A stretch of 64,000 nt of DNA from Octopus vulgaris (lineage: Eukaryota): positions 99,758,001 through 99,822,000 of the forward strand of contig OX597814.1 in NCBI GenBank assembly GCA_951406725.2. The letters run 5' to 3'. Positions 27,035 to 44,705 of this stretch are shown one piece after another; position 1 is the first letter of the stretch, and each line of letters opens with the position of its first letter. The translations under genes were made by a program, and so were the position numbers. The notes below the pieces were generated by a model that was given only the letters and a program-made list of their open reading frames with translations, was not told where the DNA came from and did no database searches.

Positions 27035-29040
27035 CATGGTCACCCCGACCCCGACAGCTAAGGAAACGCCAGATAAGCACCTCTCTTCTCAACTGCTCCG
27101 GCTTACAGACGAATATTCAGAGTAGGCCCATTCACACGAGCTAATTTCCCAACATTCACTCACCGTTCAACAAGATTAATGGCGTGCAGTACTTCCCTCT
27201 CTACCCTCACTTACCTTTTCAACTGGAACTTGAAAAATCGACGAGGGCTCGACCGAAGAGGAAAGTGTCAGTGTTCAGTCATTTCAGCCTCGTCCACTAC
27301 ACTATCATTTTTGCCATAGCCACCAGGCAGAGGAAAACAGCCTTTTCCTCCCGGCCAATAGAAGGCGGTGGGCGATCTTCACAATGGACTCAGCTGATAA
27401 CCGGATCTCTTCTACACGTGACAACAACAGTTAGACAAAGCTTCACAGGTTAGTAATGTACAGACACCGAACGAGTGCATGCAGGACGGTTTCATTGCCC
27501 TGCGCACACATTGGACAGGTCCGTCTGACAGCACTTCCGTGTCCACAGAGATTGTTTCGAACCGACGGAGGTCACTGGTAACCCTGCCAGGCCAGGGGTT
27601 TCTGGAAGTTGACCATAGGTCCTGGCCCGATAGTCCTCCGGAAAAGACCAGTTTGTTGATCCCTCTTGACGCCCAGAGTTTCCTCGTGTACGTCGTCGCT
27701 CTTTCCCTAAACCAAGCCTCTATAGAACTCCATGGTGGAACTTCCACCGATCGCGTTGCCCGACTGGCAGAAGACTATGAGCACTTGCCGACACTTCAAG
27801 TGCCCTTTCTTACTCTACGCTTGACCCTGCTCCATCAATGAGACGAGCTGCGTAAAGTTCCGTTTGACGAACGGCGACCACACCTGCTCAACGCTAAGGA
27901 AACGCTGGAGATGTCGCAGCCGCAGCACATGTCTGCGTAATATCAGCTACGGCATGCCCAGTGATCCACTCACCGGCTGTTGACAGCAAATGGACCGACT
28001 GACGAGCGAAACACGCCCCTTCCATAGAAAATGGAAGAGCGCTCCAACTTTATCAGGCATGAAGTGGGACAAGGGACGACAGTCAGGAGGTGGTAGATGA
28101 CGGAAGAGATGTACACATTCCCTACCTCCACCTGACCCTTCAGGGACAGCTTTCTCTCTGCCTATTTCTGGGTGATATTGGCTACCCTGCTCGTCACCTC
28201 CGCACAGTTCATTTCCACTTAGTGATCTGGACCAAACCAGATTCCAAGCACACTCACTACAACGCTGTCGGTTGACATAAACCTGGCTCTCCAGGTGCTG
28301 AGCTTCAGACCTACTGACTTCTGGTTGATCTTTGCTCCTGTCATATTCCCTTAGAGCAGTACTGACCACCTCGATTTTCGAGGTGTTCGACACACTTACG
28401 GTGACGTTGACCGCGTAAGCCGACACCAAACTTCTGCATCCTAGATCACGCGGGATGCCTTTCAACACATCCAGCTTATGCAACAATGGCTCGAGAGCCA
28501 TTACGTACAGAAGAGGCGAGAGTGGGTATCCTTGACGGACCGAATGAGCGATGCTAAACGATTCCGTTAGGTGGTCATTTACTTTGACCACCGAATAGAT
28601 GTCGCTGTACATTGCAGCGATCCAGCATCTGAAAACGTGACTGAAATTCGCTGCCGCGAGAACAGCCTCCGAGTATTTGTGGTCGACCCTATCGAAAGCT
28701 TTCGACTGATCCAACTGACCCAAATTGATCCCATGTCAGGTTCCTTACCACTCCTTTCTATGATGTAGCGCGTGAGGTGAAGGTTGTCGTGGGTAGTTCT
28801 CTTTGGGATAGCGCATGACTGCGCGTCACCAAACAACTTTTCGACGACAAGTACCAAACTCTTGGCCAAAATCTTTTGGTGACTACGCCTGCCGACTCTC
28901 AATGGACTAAATTGCTAACCAGATCTCTGAAAGTTTGGCGCGCTGGGAATGACGCATTCAGCTTCCAATCTCCGGGGCCCTGTCTATGGATCCTATCTAT
29001 GTCGACCGCACAGACCACACATTTGTGGTTCATGTAGCCG
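27035..29040 (-). mobile_element. Decayed L1/Tx1-clade element (APE end, RT, CCHC)
   Basis: GPGDWKLNASF, DQSKAFDRVDH, SVRQGYPLSPLLY, and TCPMCAQGNETVLHALVRC near 27470-27520. C-terminus is homologous to 39630-39690. Confidence 0.88.
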
Positions 29041-29201
29041 ACGACTTTGCTGTTGTTGTTCTTCTTCTTCCAGTCAGGACTCACGCCATTAGCCACAAAG
29101 AATAATCGAGCCTACTCTAAGCTACTAAGAATGCGTGTGGCAACTTGAAGATCCACCCACCACACGCGATAGACTGGCGGTTGCACGGGCGCGAAAGCTA
29201 C

Positions 29202-29495
29202 GTTGTTATCCTCATTCCGTAAACGGTGGCTTTTAACGGGTGGAGAGCTGAACCATCCTGGGGTACAGAAGATTCACAATCTAGACACCATGGTTCCTCT
29301 GCTTTGTGGCAGAAGTAGGAAGAAAGAGTGAGAGAAAGTTGTGGTGAAAGAGTACAGCGGGGTTCACCACCCACCCCTGGCGGAGCCTCGTAGGTCTTTT
29401 GCTCAATAAACATTCACAATGCCCGGTCTGGGAATCAAAACCGCGTTTTTACGACCGCGAGCCTGCTGCCCTAACCACTGGGCCATTGTGCCTCC
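29202..29495 (-). mobile_element. SINE family B variant with a third tail type
   Basis: Head and middle as 10153; different 3' about 110 bp. Confidence 0.8.
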
Positions 29496-29969
29496 ACCGC
29501 GTTGTTGCCATCACTACTACTGCTGCTGCTGTTGCTACTGCCTTTGAGGCCGCTGTCACTGCTACCGCTGTTGTTATCGATATTACCACAGCTGTTGTAC
29601 TTTTTCACCCTCCCATCTCTCCTCCCCGTCTCCTGTATTGTTGCCAGTAACGGAGGGAAGGGGAGGGAAGTCTTCAACAGTCACTAGAGCTGCAGGAGGG
29701 GCAGTCTTTTTAACTCTTTGAAAATGCGCTCCGCCACCTTGTTGAATTGTATATGCTTAAACGCCCTACGAACTTCTTTGTGGGGGCTGAATATGACCAC
29801 ACGAGGGGCCAAACAAGCACACTAAAATCAGTGACAGGTTCCTGGTATTTCTGTTAACAACTTAGAACAAAATGTAAAACGAAACAACGGCACTAAAAGG
29901 TATAAAATGTGTTTTAAGCTGAACTTGCTTGGAGCCTTCAAAAACTCGTCCCATGTACTCCGCAGCAAA

Positions 29970-30015
29970 TATAACAACATCAATAATAACAACAGCAACA
30001 GCAGTAATAATAATG

Positions 30016-30088
<73 letters not shown>

Positions 30089-30159
30089 CAACAACAACAA
30101 CAACAAAAATAATAAGAATAATAATATTGATAATAATAATATTAATATTATTTAATATT

Positions 30160-30197
<38 letters not shown>

Positions 30198-30220
30198 CAA
30201 CAACAACAACAACAATAATA
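29970..30220. repeat. (AAT/AAC)n compound microsatellite
   Basis: Direct reading. Confidence 0.95.
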
Positions 30221-30650
30221 AATGCCCTGATGCCGTACCAGGCAGTGGCTCTCGTGGTCTTTGATCTTAACTGATTGGAAGTGTTATCATGTACATTGTT
30301 GTGTCTTGGTATAAAAGATGGGCTACAGCAAATATTCTGCTCAATACCACAGATTTGCTTGTCAGTTGTTTGACCTTAACCAGTTGAACATGCCCCTTAG
30401 TGGCTGACGATATGTGCATCTTTCATCACGAGCAAAAGTAGTGGCGGAGCATCATAGCCATGCGTTGAGAGGAATTCTCTGGGGCTTGGATATTTCACTT
30501 CTGGAAACATGGGTGTTTTGTTCGACATCCTTAAACAACTCTTATCCAGCGAAAATTCTAATTGGGCCCACCTGCAAGATCATGCGCTGTTTATCATGAT
30601 ATGAGATCACTATGTCGCACACATACGGTTGAGATGTATGTTGAGATGAT
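30218..30650. mobile_element. Probable interspersed repeat abutting (AAT)n, class unassigned
   Basis: Starts abruptly at the end of an (AAT/AAC)n tract (AAATGCCCTGATG...). Resembles a high-copy octopus repeat from memory only; single copy in this window. Confidence 0.4.
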
Positions 30651-30829
30651 TGTAGGATCTCTATGAATGATAAAAAATGGTACTGAAACTTATTTGAAAA
30701 TGATACCAGGCTTACCATCCCTACAGGAAGTGCATTATCGCTGTGAAAACAACATATATTCATGAATTTATTTATTTATTAATGTTTCAAATACATATTT
30801 TACCTGTGAATTTGCGCGTGTAATCTGGG

Positions 30830-30911
30830 AGTGCATACAATGAGCTTCTCTGCCCTAGGTGTACGGAAAACACTCGGCGAAAAACGGAAGAAAATTTGAA
30901 GAAAGAAGGAA

Positions 30912-30912
<1 letters not shown>
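30830..30912 (+). mobile_element. 3' end fragment of the young Dong family, followed by (AAT)n
   Basis: ATGAGCTTCTCTGCCCTAGGTGTACGGAAAACACTCGGC...AAATTTGAAGAAAG aligns by eye to 44473-44547. Confidence 0.75.
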
Positions 30913-31213
<301 letters not shown>

Positions 31214-32090
31214 CTGGAATTGTATTGGTTACGTCGATGAGCGTTCTAGTTGTCGCACTCATCGGAATAGCCTGCTTGTAAAATTAACGTGCAAGTGACT
31301 GAGCTCTTCGCAGTCTCCCGGACCTTAACGTAGTTCTTATGGTAATACAACGTGACACATAATGCAACAAGGCTGGCCATTTGAAACACAGCTACTACTC
31401 AACGCAAAATAAAGTATCATCAGCTTTACTAAAATATATTTGATGATATGTTGAAAGTAAGCCTTAGGGAATCAGAACCTCAGGGAAACCTGTATTTGCA
31501 GAAAAAAAGTGGGGGGGACCCTTTATATTTTAACCATCAGGAGAGTTGCACTTATATAGAGATGTCTCAGCAACTCTGTTTAATTCATTTTCGCATAATT
31601 GTCAACTATTAATTTGCACTGGGTGTTATGCGAAAATACCCCAAAATTGTTAAGCAACCTCAACAGATTTAGTAGATGTCTATTCCTTTGAATATAAAGG
31701 TTCAGAGCAAGAATTGCTTTCTGCCCAAGATCAAATCCATTTGAATTAAGATTGCTTATTTCATATGCAATACATGAGTTTAGAATTAGAGGGAAATACA
31801 TACAAACCTAAATATAATATTTCTTTAAGGCTCAAATAAGCATACACTGAAAGATTCATATATTACAGAAATCTGTAAAACTTCGACTTTAAAGAAGGAT
31901 CTGTATTGCAATAAACATGCATGCAAATATAATTTCTTATAAATGCACTACATGAAATATTTCCGTATGTTAAGTCATTTAAGTTTAACAAAATATGCTC
32001 CATTATTTTCTCCCCAGGCAAAGCCTGATACGTCCGTAGTACACACACACACTAAGAAATACACATATATATGTATATATGTGTATCTAT

Positions 32091-32174
<84 letters not shown>

Positions 32175-35100
32175 TTTTATATATATATATATACATAATC
32201 ATGCACACGCATACACACATGCGTATACTTTGTTACTTTGTTAAATGCCATATATTTGCACTTAATCTGCACTTAATTTGAGAAGCTTGGAAATCTCTAT
32301 ATAATCTAATTGATACTACATATGTTTCATGAGCACGAGGCTTGTGTTTTGATTAAACATAGCTAACTAATACGTCGGTAGTTTTAGGCCGCAAGTATAT
32401 GCTTACATATGTATGGTATTTGATATTCTTATTCACCATAGCCACTTCAATGTATTATACTAGTCATCAAAACATTGAGTACCTTTATTTTTCTTTAGTT
32501 TGTTTCTTTATTGCTAGGTAGTTTAAATAGTCGTAAATCTCAGCAACTATCAATACAGATGAAAAAGAAAGAGGCTACCAAAACGCTGAGTTCATTATCA
32601 AAATATAAAATCTGCATGATTAATTTAAATTTTTAGTCGTCTTTATGTAAGGCTATTAACCAGTTCTTATTGAAGTATTCTAAGCAAGGACTAAAAAAAA
32701 TAATCTGAGATATTCCAATAGATAAAATGTCTTGGGTATTATATAAACGAAATTATCTTGAATCTTTTGCTCAATAGTTTTGTTCAAAATCTGTGTGAAA
32801 GTTCTTGTTTTTTATTTCTAATTTACAAATCCACTGTTTTTCACACATATAAGGTAAAACGCCTTATACATAACAATAATACCTTAAAGTTTTCAGACAG
32901 TAATATCTCTGAAATTTAGAGAACATTTGCGGAAGGGAAACTATGTCACTAACCGTGACGTTATGTCACCCAAAAGCAATTTGTTCTCCTTTTGCCGTGT
33001 AATATTCATACAGTTCAAAGCATTGTTCCAAGTGACATCTCTGATTAGACGTAACAAAAGAGATAATCGTTAACTGGAATTCTGCAAAACACTTCCACCA
33101 AGCCAAATTACCCGCCTACGTCTCATCGACATCCGCTTTACACTCCATAAAGAACTAAAACAGACGTCTGCTATGTATCTTCTTTACGGTAGGTTGTTCG
33201 TAAGTTTCTAAAATGTAGACAAAAATGATGTATACATGTGTTTATCATAACTACCGAAGCTACAGTTGCATCGAAAAACAAGGGATAACAACAGGAACAA
33301 GAAGTTAAAGGGCCGAATTGCATTTTAATCATTATTTCGACACAAAGAAAACATGTTATTCTGCGAACTTATATTGTTCTTACAAAGATTGCGTAAAAAT
33401 CTAACGACAGATAAAGAACAGAAAGCAAAATAAATACATACAAATAAGTAAAAATACGAAAAATAACCAAAATAATGAAACGACAAAAATAACTGAAGAA
33501 AGAACACATAAAACAGCGATAGAACAAGTCTCCATAGATTTATGTGAATTGCAGATTTCAACGACCGGATGTTGCTGCTAACTAACTTCCAACTCGGCTT
33601 CATTATCAGCTTTTGATTTTGATGACTTTTCAGTTATTTAAACATTGTGAGATGTTTACAACGAATTCAAATAAATTTAGGCTACATTAAATATACAGAT
33701 TATTTTTATTTTAGAGAGAGAGAGAGAGAGATAGTGAGATAGAGAGGGAAAGAGAGATGAAGACGGAGAGAGAGACTCAGAGAGAGAGGGTGAGTGAGTG
33801 ACAAAGAGAGAAACGAATATAGAGTGAAAGAAGAAGAGGAGGATATGAAACAAAATGAGCTAGAGAAGAGGGGGAAGGCCATAGGAGTAATTGTATTTCT
33901 AATGTTATCAAATGATTTATTCTAATAACAATAATTTATTGCCATCAATGTATATCACCAAATTTAGAGAAAATAATCTAGATAGAATAAATTGTTTTGG
34001 ATGTTGAATTTTGTTTTTATGTATTCTTTTTTTGCACACCCACTATAGAGTAATGGCGCTAAGAACCTAAATTTGTGACTCCGGTTCGACTTCATACAAT
34101 TGAATTTAACCTTTTATTCTTCGTGTTCCTTGGAATAAATTATTATTATAGAATATCAGTTGTTGAAATATCATAATTAAATGCTTCATGACGTAGCTAT
34201 TGCTTTGTATAATATTTCTTAAAGTTTACTCCCGTAACTTACGGTCATGCGGTGATCCATAATACATAATGACTGGTCTTGTCTGTTTCTTACACAAAGA
34301 AAACTTTCTCAAAAAGAAAAAAAAGGAAGAATTTAAGACAAGTATAAATTTGGGTTATTTAAAAAAGAATTTGTGGAGTAATATCGTGGAGTAATATTTT
34401 ATTCGGTAAATTTTCTGATTATCAATTTTTTCAAATTACTGTACTTGTTTTAGGTTTGTTATTTGGGACACCTCTATGAAAAGTTTTAATCAAACAAATT
34501 CATTACTTAACTTTTAACTCTGGTACCTAGTTTATCGGTCAGTTTACGGGACGTAAACACGCGAACATCGCTTGTGAAGCAGTAAGACACAAAAACACGG
34601 ATTCATACTCAGATGCGCACATACACACGCATATTCGCAGGTATATATTGGGCATATTTTTTGTCTGCAAAATTCTTTCAGAAAGTATTAAGTAAGCCTT
34701 GGGCTTTATAATAGTAGATACTTGCCTAAAATTCTGCTCAGTTTGACAGAACCCACGACCATATGGTTGCGAAGAGAACTTTTTAAGCACACCTATTATA
34801 TTCCGGTTATTTTTTTTCACCAAGCGCGCACTTATAAAAGAGTATCGGACTAGTCTCCACCTGAAATATTCCTACAAAAACTATTTCAGTGAATAAAAAA
34901 TTGATTTTGTTTAATATTCCTACTGGTTTCGTCTGGTCGAAATGCTTGTGTATAAGGCCTTGACAGACCTTCATTGATCGATCGGTGAAATCAATGCTGT
35001 TGATGAGGTTGAAAATCGGAAAGATGTCGGTTACTGGATAAACATGAGAGAATTCCAGAGATATAACTACAATAGGAAGCATGAATAAATATAGTAGTAG

Positions 35101-37203
35101 GATTGTGATGGGTGTCGAGAAGAAGCAAAATGATGGAGTCTGAAGTATCTGAATGGAAGTGATGCGAGACCGCCCAACTTCTTCAACTAGGAGCCACTGG
35201 AGTAGCTGAAGATAGAGTGAGGAGACCATATGTCTTTAATAAGAAACATATTAAACACCAAAATTATTTTATGTATTTCATTTGTATTGGCCTTAAACGT
35301 AAGTCGAAAGCGGATTGTAGATGTGGCTTTTCTCTGGCTTATTTTTCTTAATTGGCAGTGCTTGTCACTCCACAAAGACAACTGTAATAATTTTCATTTT
35401 TAATTCTAATCGAAGGAAAATACGAAGTAAAACCTTCAGGGCAATAGGAATTGGAGGGTTGTCGACTGCGTAGTGCAAAGGTGACGACCACTAAGAGTGA
35501 GAAATCTCCTCGGGTAGAGACTTAGAATGTACTCTCTGAGGGATGATTCGCATCTTCTCCTGATGTCTTTGGAACTTAGCCGTTTGTGATTTATTGTGCC
35601 GGCTCTATCAGAAATGCGTCGGCCAGGGAGGGGCGGCATCTCAAACAGTGGCTTTTGTGTTTGCATAAATTCCTTAAATCTCTTCACATCTAGGTATCTT
35701 TTTTATATATCGATAAATCAGATAATGAGGATATATGTGCGTAAACGTTTAGCGTTATAACAGTGGTTGTTTTTAATTCAGTGTAGCCTTTCCAGTCTTG
35801 TGCAGACTTCTACTCCCACTTGACATAAGCCTGACTATTACACTCTCACTTACACACAACTCATTGCGTGCTCACTGAACTTCTTCCAACCATATCTCTT
35901 ATCTACGTGTTTTACTCTGGTGCATGTGGTACAACTACAGAAGACACAACTTGAAAGTTATAAATAACATTCATTCTCTAATATATAATGTAATAAAATA
36001 ACCACAATACATTTTTGCTATAGGTACATAGGGTACCTGAAATTTTCTGGGAGAAATTTAATCGATTGCATCGACCCCAGTGTTTAACTGGTACATATTT
36101 CATCGACTCCTAAATAATAAAAGGCAAAGTGGACCTCGATGACATTTCAATTCGGCGTGTAAAGCCGGAGGACATGCCACTTGATCGACATGGTAACGAT
36201 TTTGCGAGCTTTCCGCCTTTACTATGTATGAATGCATTTATTTAAGTTTGTTTATGATATATTTAAACAGAAACTAAAAAAAAACACTATATTTTATACT
36301 TCTGCCACTTATTAGCAAGGGTCCAGTCGGCTGCAATATTTAAGAAGTAACGAGTTAAATTAACTAGAAAAGAAAAAAGCGACAAAAACAGTTAATCATT
36401 TGAACAATAGATTTCAGGAAGAATTTTAATGGAATTAGATACAAAAGCCAATCTGATATGCAGAAAAAAATGCATTTACAGTATTTGCTTATAGACTGAT
36501 AAACCTGCAGCGAATGAAGCAGACAAGAGATACACTAACAGATATACTGGCAACTACAACAATAAAACCTGTTACTCCAAGTCATATTGAATGAATTTGA
36601 CAATAATGTTGTAACAGCTTGAAAGTGCCAAAAGAGTGCAATTATTCACAGCCATTTAAATGACAAGTTAATTTTGATACAAACTGACAATGAAACCCCC
36701 CATTGGTTCATCAATCATTGCTTTCTTTTAGAAAATATACATAATGATTGAAGGTGGGTTTGTTTTCTTGTTATTCCCTTTTATTCTCTTTATTTTTCTT
36801 ATATAGTTGTCACCATGTTGAAGTTAAAATATCATTGTAAAAATTGTTTTTAATTTAAAAATATATGTAAGATCTCTGGTTGATGTTGATAGTGAGCATA
36901 ATTTCAATCATTTCAAACTAAGTTGTTGGCTGCATGCATTACTTTTAAAGTAAATACCCCTCGTGGGGTTCCTCTATCTGTATGCTACACAGCAGTGGTA
37001 AAGCTGAAGTTGATTTAACATATTAAGATAACGAATCAGAGACGTCAATTAAAGAGGTATGTCGCTGCGTACAGGTAAGAGTACTCTGGCGTTAAGAAAT
37101 AAGTGTCTTTTACGTTGGCTTTTAAAAGCGTAGTCTGGCGAGATATCAACACTATCAGAGAAGAAAATAGATAATAGAAATGATTATTATTATTATTATT
37201 TAT

Positions 37204-37478
37204 GGTTTCCTTTCATTATAACTTTATTCCAGCTGCCTTAGTGCCGGGCATCCTCCGGAGGCCAAGAGTAGCAGAGACATTTTTGTTTTACTATGCATGC
37301 TAAAATTATCACCGCATATATTCTATTTTAGATAGGGAGTGCTTTCCGTTGTATATAGGCTGTACCCATCAAAGTTATCTTTTGTAGTTCTCTCAGTTCC
37401 CTTCTTTATCATTCCCAGCGCACCAATTATTACTGGTATTATCGTAGTACTAAACTTCCACATTTTTGTGATTTCAAG
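37204..37478 (-). mobile_element. R4/Dong-like 3' fragment with short (TAA)n tail
   Basis: Minus strand LEITKMWKFSTTIIPVIIGALGMIKKGT matches the C-terminus of the 42505 ORF. (TTA)n at about 37184-37203. Confidence 0.8.
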
Positions 37479-37479
37479 A

Positions 37480-39998
37480 AAAGGCCGTCCTCAACTGAAA
37501 GTGAAAAGACAAGGGACGAGGAAAATTCACCTAATCCATAAGCTTCACTAATAACAATACCGACACACTTAACCAAATCCCCAAAACAAAAGCAATGCAC
37601 ACTCATTCAACTACAGCCACATCTACAAAAAGCACCAAGATAGAAACAAATACACGAAGAGAAACAACAATCATATCAACAGCCCATACAACTGACTACA
37701 GAACACGAACGCCTCTTCAACTTCACAGTCATTCGCAAGAACAACAGCGAGGTTAAAACACAAATATTCATACAAAAGGAGTAGGGTTCGACGAATTCTG
37801 TCGAAGTATCCCCATAACTGACAGCTGATAAAAATATACAAATACATACCTAAAACTTAAAAAGACATACCCAAAAGATAGTGGGCCCTTTATGTTACAG
37901 CCGGATAAAAGGACTTTAAGAAGGCCCTTCATTAATGGTAATGCATCAGACGAGGCAGATGAATCAGCCGACCCTCTCAAAATCTAAGGTAAGTGACTTC
38001 CTTCCATTTTGCTTCTCCGATAAACATGGTCGTTTTCAGTGTGGGGTGTGTGAATGTTCGTGGCCTGGGGTCAGCTTTGAAGCAAGGTCACTTGCTAAAC
38101 GATCTCAGATCGCTCGGTTTAGATATAGCTGCTATCAGCGACACAAAGATTTCTAATTCGCAAGCACTAGCGCCCATTTTTGACGACTATGAGATATTCT
38201 CATCATCTGGTTTGTCGGGAGCGGGCGGCGAGGTAGCAGTGCTATTCCGAATATCCTTAGATCTTGAAGTAAAGGTAATCTTCTTGAACACGCGCGGTAG
38301 GTTGGCGGTCCTAGATGTGAATGATAGCGAAGGTGGCGTCCTTAGACTAGTGGTCGTCTATGCCCCGACAGGGGCTAGAAAGCCAGAATTCTTCAGGCGT
38401 CTAGGAACATTCCTGCGAACGTCTCGTAGTTTAGTATGAGTAGGGGGCTGCAATGGGATTTTGGATGAGGGAAGGATTGTGAGGGGCTAGTACACAGAAG
38501 AAGGGGATACCAAAGTCTCGAAAACCTATTCAGAGACTTCCAATTTTCTGATAGATATCGATTGGAGTTCTCTGATGTGCCAGTGTGGACATGGAGCAAC
38601 TACAATGGGTCATCCAGGTCGTATCTTGATAGAGTATTTGTTAGGTCAGAGGATAGAAATAGTGTTAGTTGTCCATAATTTAAATTGGTCAGCTACACAG
38701 ACTAAAAGTTTGTGATCTGCACAGTCAAATTAGATAGGACCCGTAGACAGGGACCCGGTTACTGGAAGTTAAACGCGTCCTTTCTGAAACACAAAGACTA
38801 CAGGGAACGGATTAGTGAACTAGTTCAGCGGCAGTTGACAGTGACAATCATTAACAACCGGTGATGGGCCGCCCTGAAGAGGGTGATTAGAGCAGCATTG
38901 ATAGCTTTTAGCAAAGAGTTAGCAATAGAACGGAATAGATTAGGAGGTGAACTAGTTACCAAATTAGAAGAGGCAATTAATAAGGGCATTGCAACCGGTG
39001 GGTTAAAGGCCAGAATGACCTTTGCCAATTTCTCGAAGCGAAACACGAAGGTTACGTTGTCAGGGCTGAGGTCTATGCGCTCAAACAGGAATGGAATTAA
39101 AGCTATCGGATGGGCCCGAATGGTGGAGACTCGACGTGGAAATAAAACCACGATCAGGTCTTTGACAGAGAGGGAGGGCGTGTGCTATGCGGCTCCGAGC
39201 GGCTTTTTAGAAAGCACTTCGTGCAGCTGTTTGGAGAGAGTGATAGGTCGACGACGGCACTGGACCTTAGTTCGTTTCTGGACGGCTAGCTTCGGCTCTC
39301 AGCAGCTGACACGAGGTTGTGTGAAAGGCAAATAACAACCGATGAAATTTGTGAGGCGATGAGCGATTGCACAAGTCGCAGATCACTTGGTTTGGATGGT
39401 TTGCGCTATGAATTCTATGTATTCATGTCAGATTTGTTTGGCGACCTCTTGGCATACACCTATCACAACCGGCAACAGACTGGGGGAATTCCTAGTGCTG
39501 CTATCAGCGGTGTGGTGACACTGCAGAGTAAGGAGGCCGACAATGGCTCTCACATCCACTTACCAAGAACTAGAGAACTTTTGGCCCAAAACACTACTGT
39601 TCTCGAGTTTATTGAAATGCGGGTTTATTTATAGTTGCGAAAATGGTAAGAGTTAATGGTACTTCTCTGAGTGTAGACCTGTGAGTCGGAGAGAAGAAAT
39701 TGGAGAAAACACTTGCTCCTGGGGTTTCAGGGAAACCTCGGACAGTGGGTTTCTTCGATTATCCCTTAGAGACCTTCCTCTATCAGGAGGGCCGCATCTC
39801 TAACATCCTCCCCGCCTCTTTTTTTGCCATTTTTAAGCCTTTGTATGCTATGCATATGTCCCTTCTTTTTCAGCGTATACTGTGTAAATTTACCTTCTTT
39901 CATTTTATTTTTATCATTTCATTATATGTAAACCCCAACATTTTATGTCTATCTTTGTATTGTCCCCCTCATCTTTCGTCTTTGTGTTAAATAAATGG
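37480..39998 (+). mobile_element. Decayed, internally deleted L1/Tx1-clade element (probable ORF1 end, APE endonuclease, start of RT, 3' UTR)
   Basis: VNVRGL, DIAAISDT, VVYAPT, TWSN..SRSYLDRVF, GPGYWKLNASFL, SLGLDGLRYEFY, with multiple stops. Jumps at about 39550-39630 to the C-terminus. T-rich 3' UTR ends AATAAA before (ATT)n. Confidence 0.88.
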
Positions 39999-39999
39999 A

Positions 40000-40073
<74 letters not shown>

Positions 40074-40292
40074 CATCATCATCATCATCATTGAAGAGGC
40101 GCGTCGTCTCGTGGTTATGGTGTAAGATTCATGATTGTAAGATTGTGCTTTCGATTCTTGGACTAGGCGACAGGTTGTGATCTTAAGCAAAACACTTCAT
40201 TTCCCGTTGATTCTGTCTACTCAGCTGGCTAAAATGAGTAATCCTCCAGTGTCCTATCTCATCCAGGTGGGGAATTTATATGTCATGGAAAC

Positions 40293-40401
<109 letters not shown>

Positions 40402-40410
40402 GTTATTATC

Positions 40411-41200
40411 ATTGCTTCGAAAGGCTCATCTGTCAAGTTACAACAAGGACCTCAGACAGATAATACATTCCTTAAGATGTGCGCTGTGCCCAATAAGTCT
40501 GCTTTTTGCAAGACATCAATCTTCCAATAGATTTCCAGTTGCCTTAAGAAGTCTTGAAGTTTCAATGGGATTGAGCCCAACACTCTGATCACCCTCTCGC
40601 ATTTCTTGGTCTTGCCATTTCCACTTTCAATTCGGAGTACTTGGTGATTTTTGCAACCTCTTTACTCACAACATTCATGTCATTTGTTATGGCTACAACA
40701 ATGATCCGACAGTATTTGTCTCTCTTATTCAATATGACAATAACCGGCTGACGATGTTCGATTACACGATCTGTCTGAAATGCATAGTATAGTTACTTTT
40801 CCATCCTGCTGCATAACTTTACTTGGTTCAAGCTCATACAAGTTCTCTGTTACTTCAAAATGGTATTTGCAGCATAAGAACCAATGAAGATACACACACA
40901 CTTTATCATGGCGGCGATTGTATTCTTTTTTGCAAGGCTCTCACATCCACTTATCAAGTGGGTCACATTATCCACACTCGTTCCACAGAGTCTGCATTTC
41001 TGGGTGTCAGAAGTTTTATAAATGTTATACTTCACTGACTTGGTAGCGAGAGCCTCGTCTTGGGCAGCAATGATCAGACTTTCGATGGTACGCTTGAAAT
41101 CACCACGATGCTGTACTTCCTTGCCCATTATTTCATCTGCATTTACACCCAGAAATGTGATGACAATTAACAAGGCACTACTCCCCGAAAGCGATATTGA
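40411..41200 (-). pseudogene. Decayed R4/Dong-like element, 3' part, with (TAA)n tail at 40293-40410
   Basis: Minus strand ESLIIAAQDEAL, KCRLCGTSVDNVTHLISGC and terminal LQKADLLGTAHILRNVLSV*. Confidence 0.85.
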
Positions 41201-41926
41201 CAGATTGTATGTGCCTTAGAACAGGGTAGGAAGAGACCTCATAGGACGCAAGTTCTGTGTTATTAACGAAAGTAAAAGTCTGGGATGGTACATCAAACAG
41301 CAGAGTGAATCCTTGCTTGCCACTGTCAGAAATAACAATACAATACCTACCGAAAATGTGATGCACTCATAAAAATTTAAGAAGGAAAATGTAGATAAAA
41401 GAATAAGCAATTTGAAAAAAAAGACTCTGCAGGGGAAGTACCTTTGGGAAATCGAAAGAAAAGACAAAGTGACATATAAGGATGCACTGTGGCATTGATA
41501 TGCAATGCCCAAGAACAAGTTCTGAGAACTAGTTACACCAAGTTCCAAATAGATAAGAGTAGCGAATAGTCCCTTTGTAGTATGTTTGGTAACAGAAACG
41601 AAACAATCTCACATATTGTGAGTGAGTGTAGCAAGCTGGCCCAAAAGCACCAAAAAAGGAGGCACGATAACGTGGATAAGTTCGTCCACTGGAGACTATG
41701 TAAAAAGTATGGCCTGAACAGAGCACGGAAATGGTATGAACTTGATTCAGAAAGAGTCACTGAGAACAAAGAATATTAGATACTGTAGGATTTTACAATC
41801 CAATGTGAGTCCCTAACCGAGGCTGGGTGACGAGGTATTGTCGTAGATAAACGGGAAAAGGAAACCAAGATATAGAAATTGCTATACCTGGGGATGCTCG
41901 CATAAATGACAAAGAACTAGAAAAGA

Positions 41927-42501
<575 letters not shown>

Positions 42502-42502
42502 A

Positions 42503-44705
<2,203 letters not shown>

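Noticed and set aside
34807-35687. 140 aa and 83 aa minus-strand ORFs
   Set aside because: No recognisable domain or splice context. The plus strand has faint LINE-like words (ENRKDVGYWI), so probably old transposon debris.
37900-37995. Apparent exon with AG|GTAAGT donor
   Set aside because: It sits immediately upstream of the Tx1 endonuclease start and is better explained as the ORF1 end and spacer.
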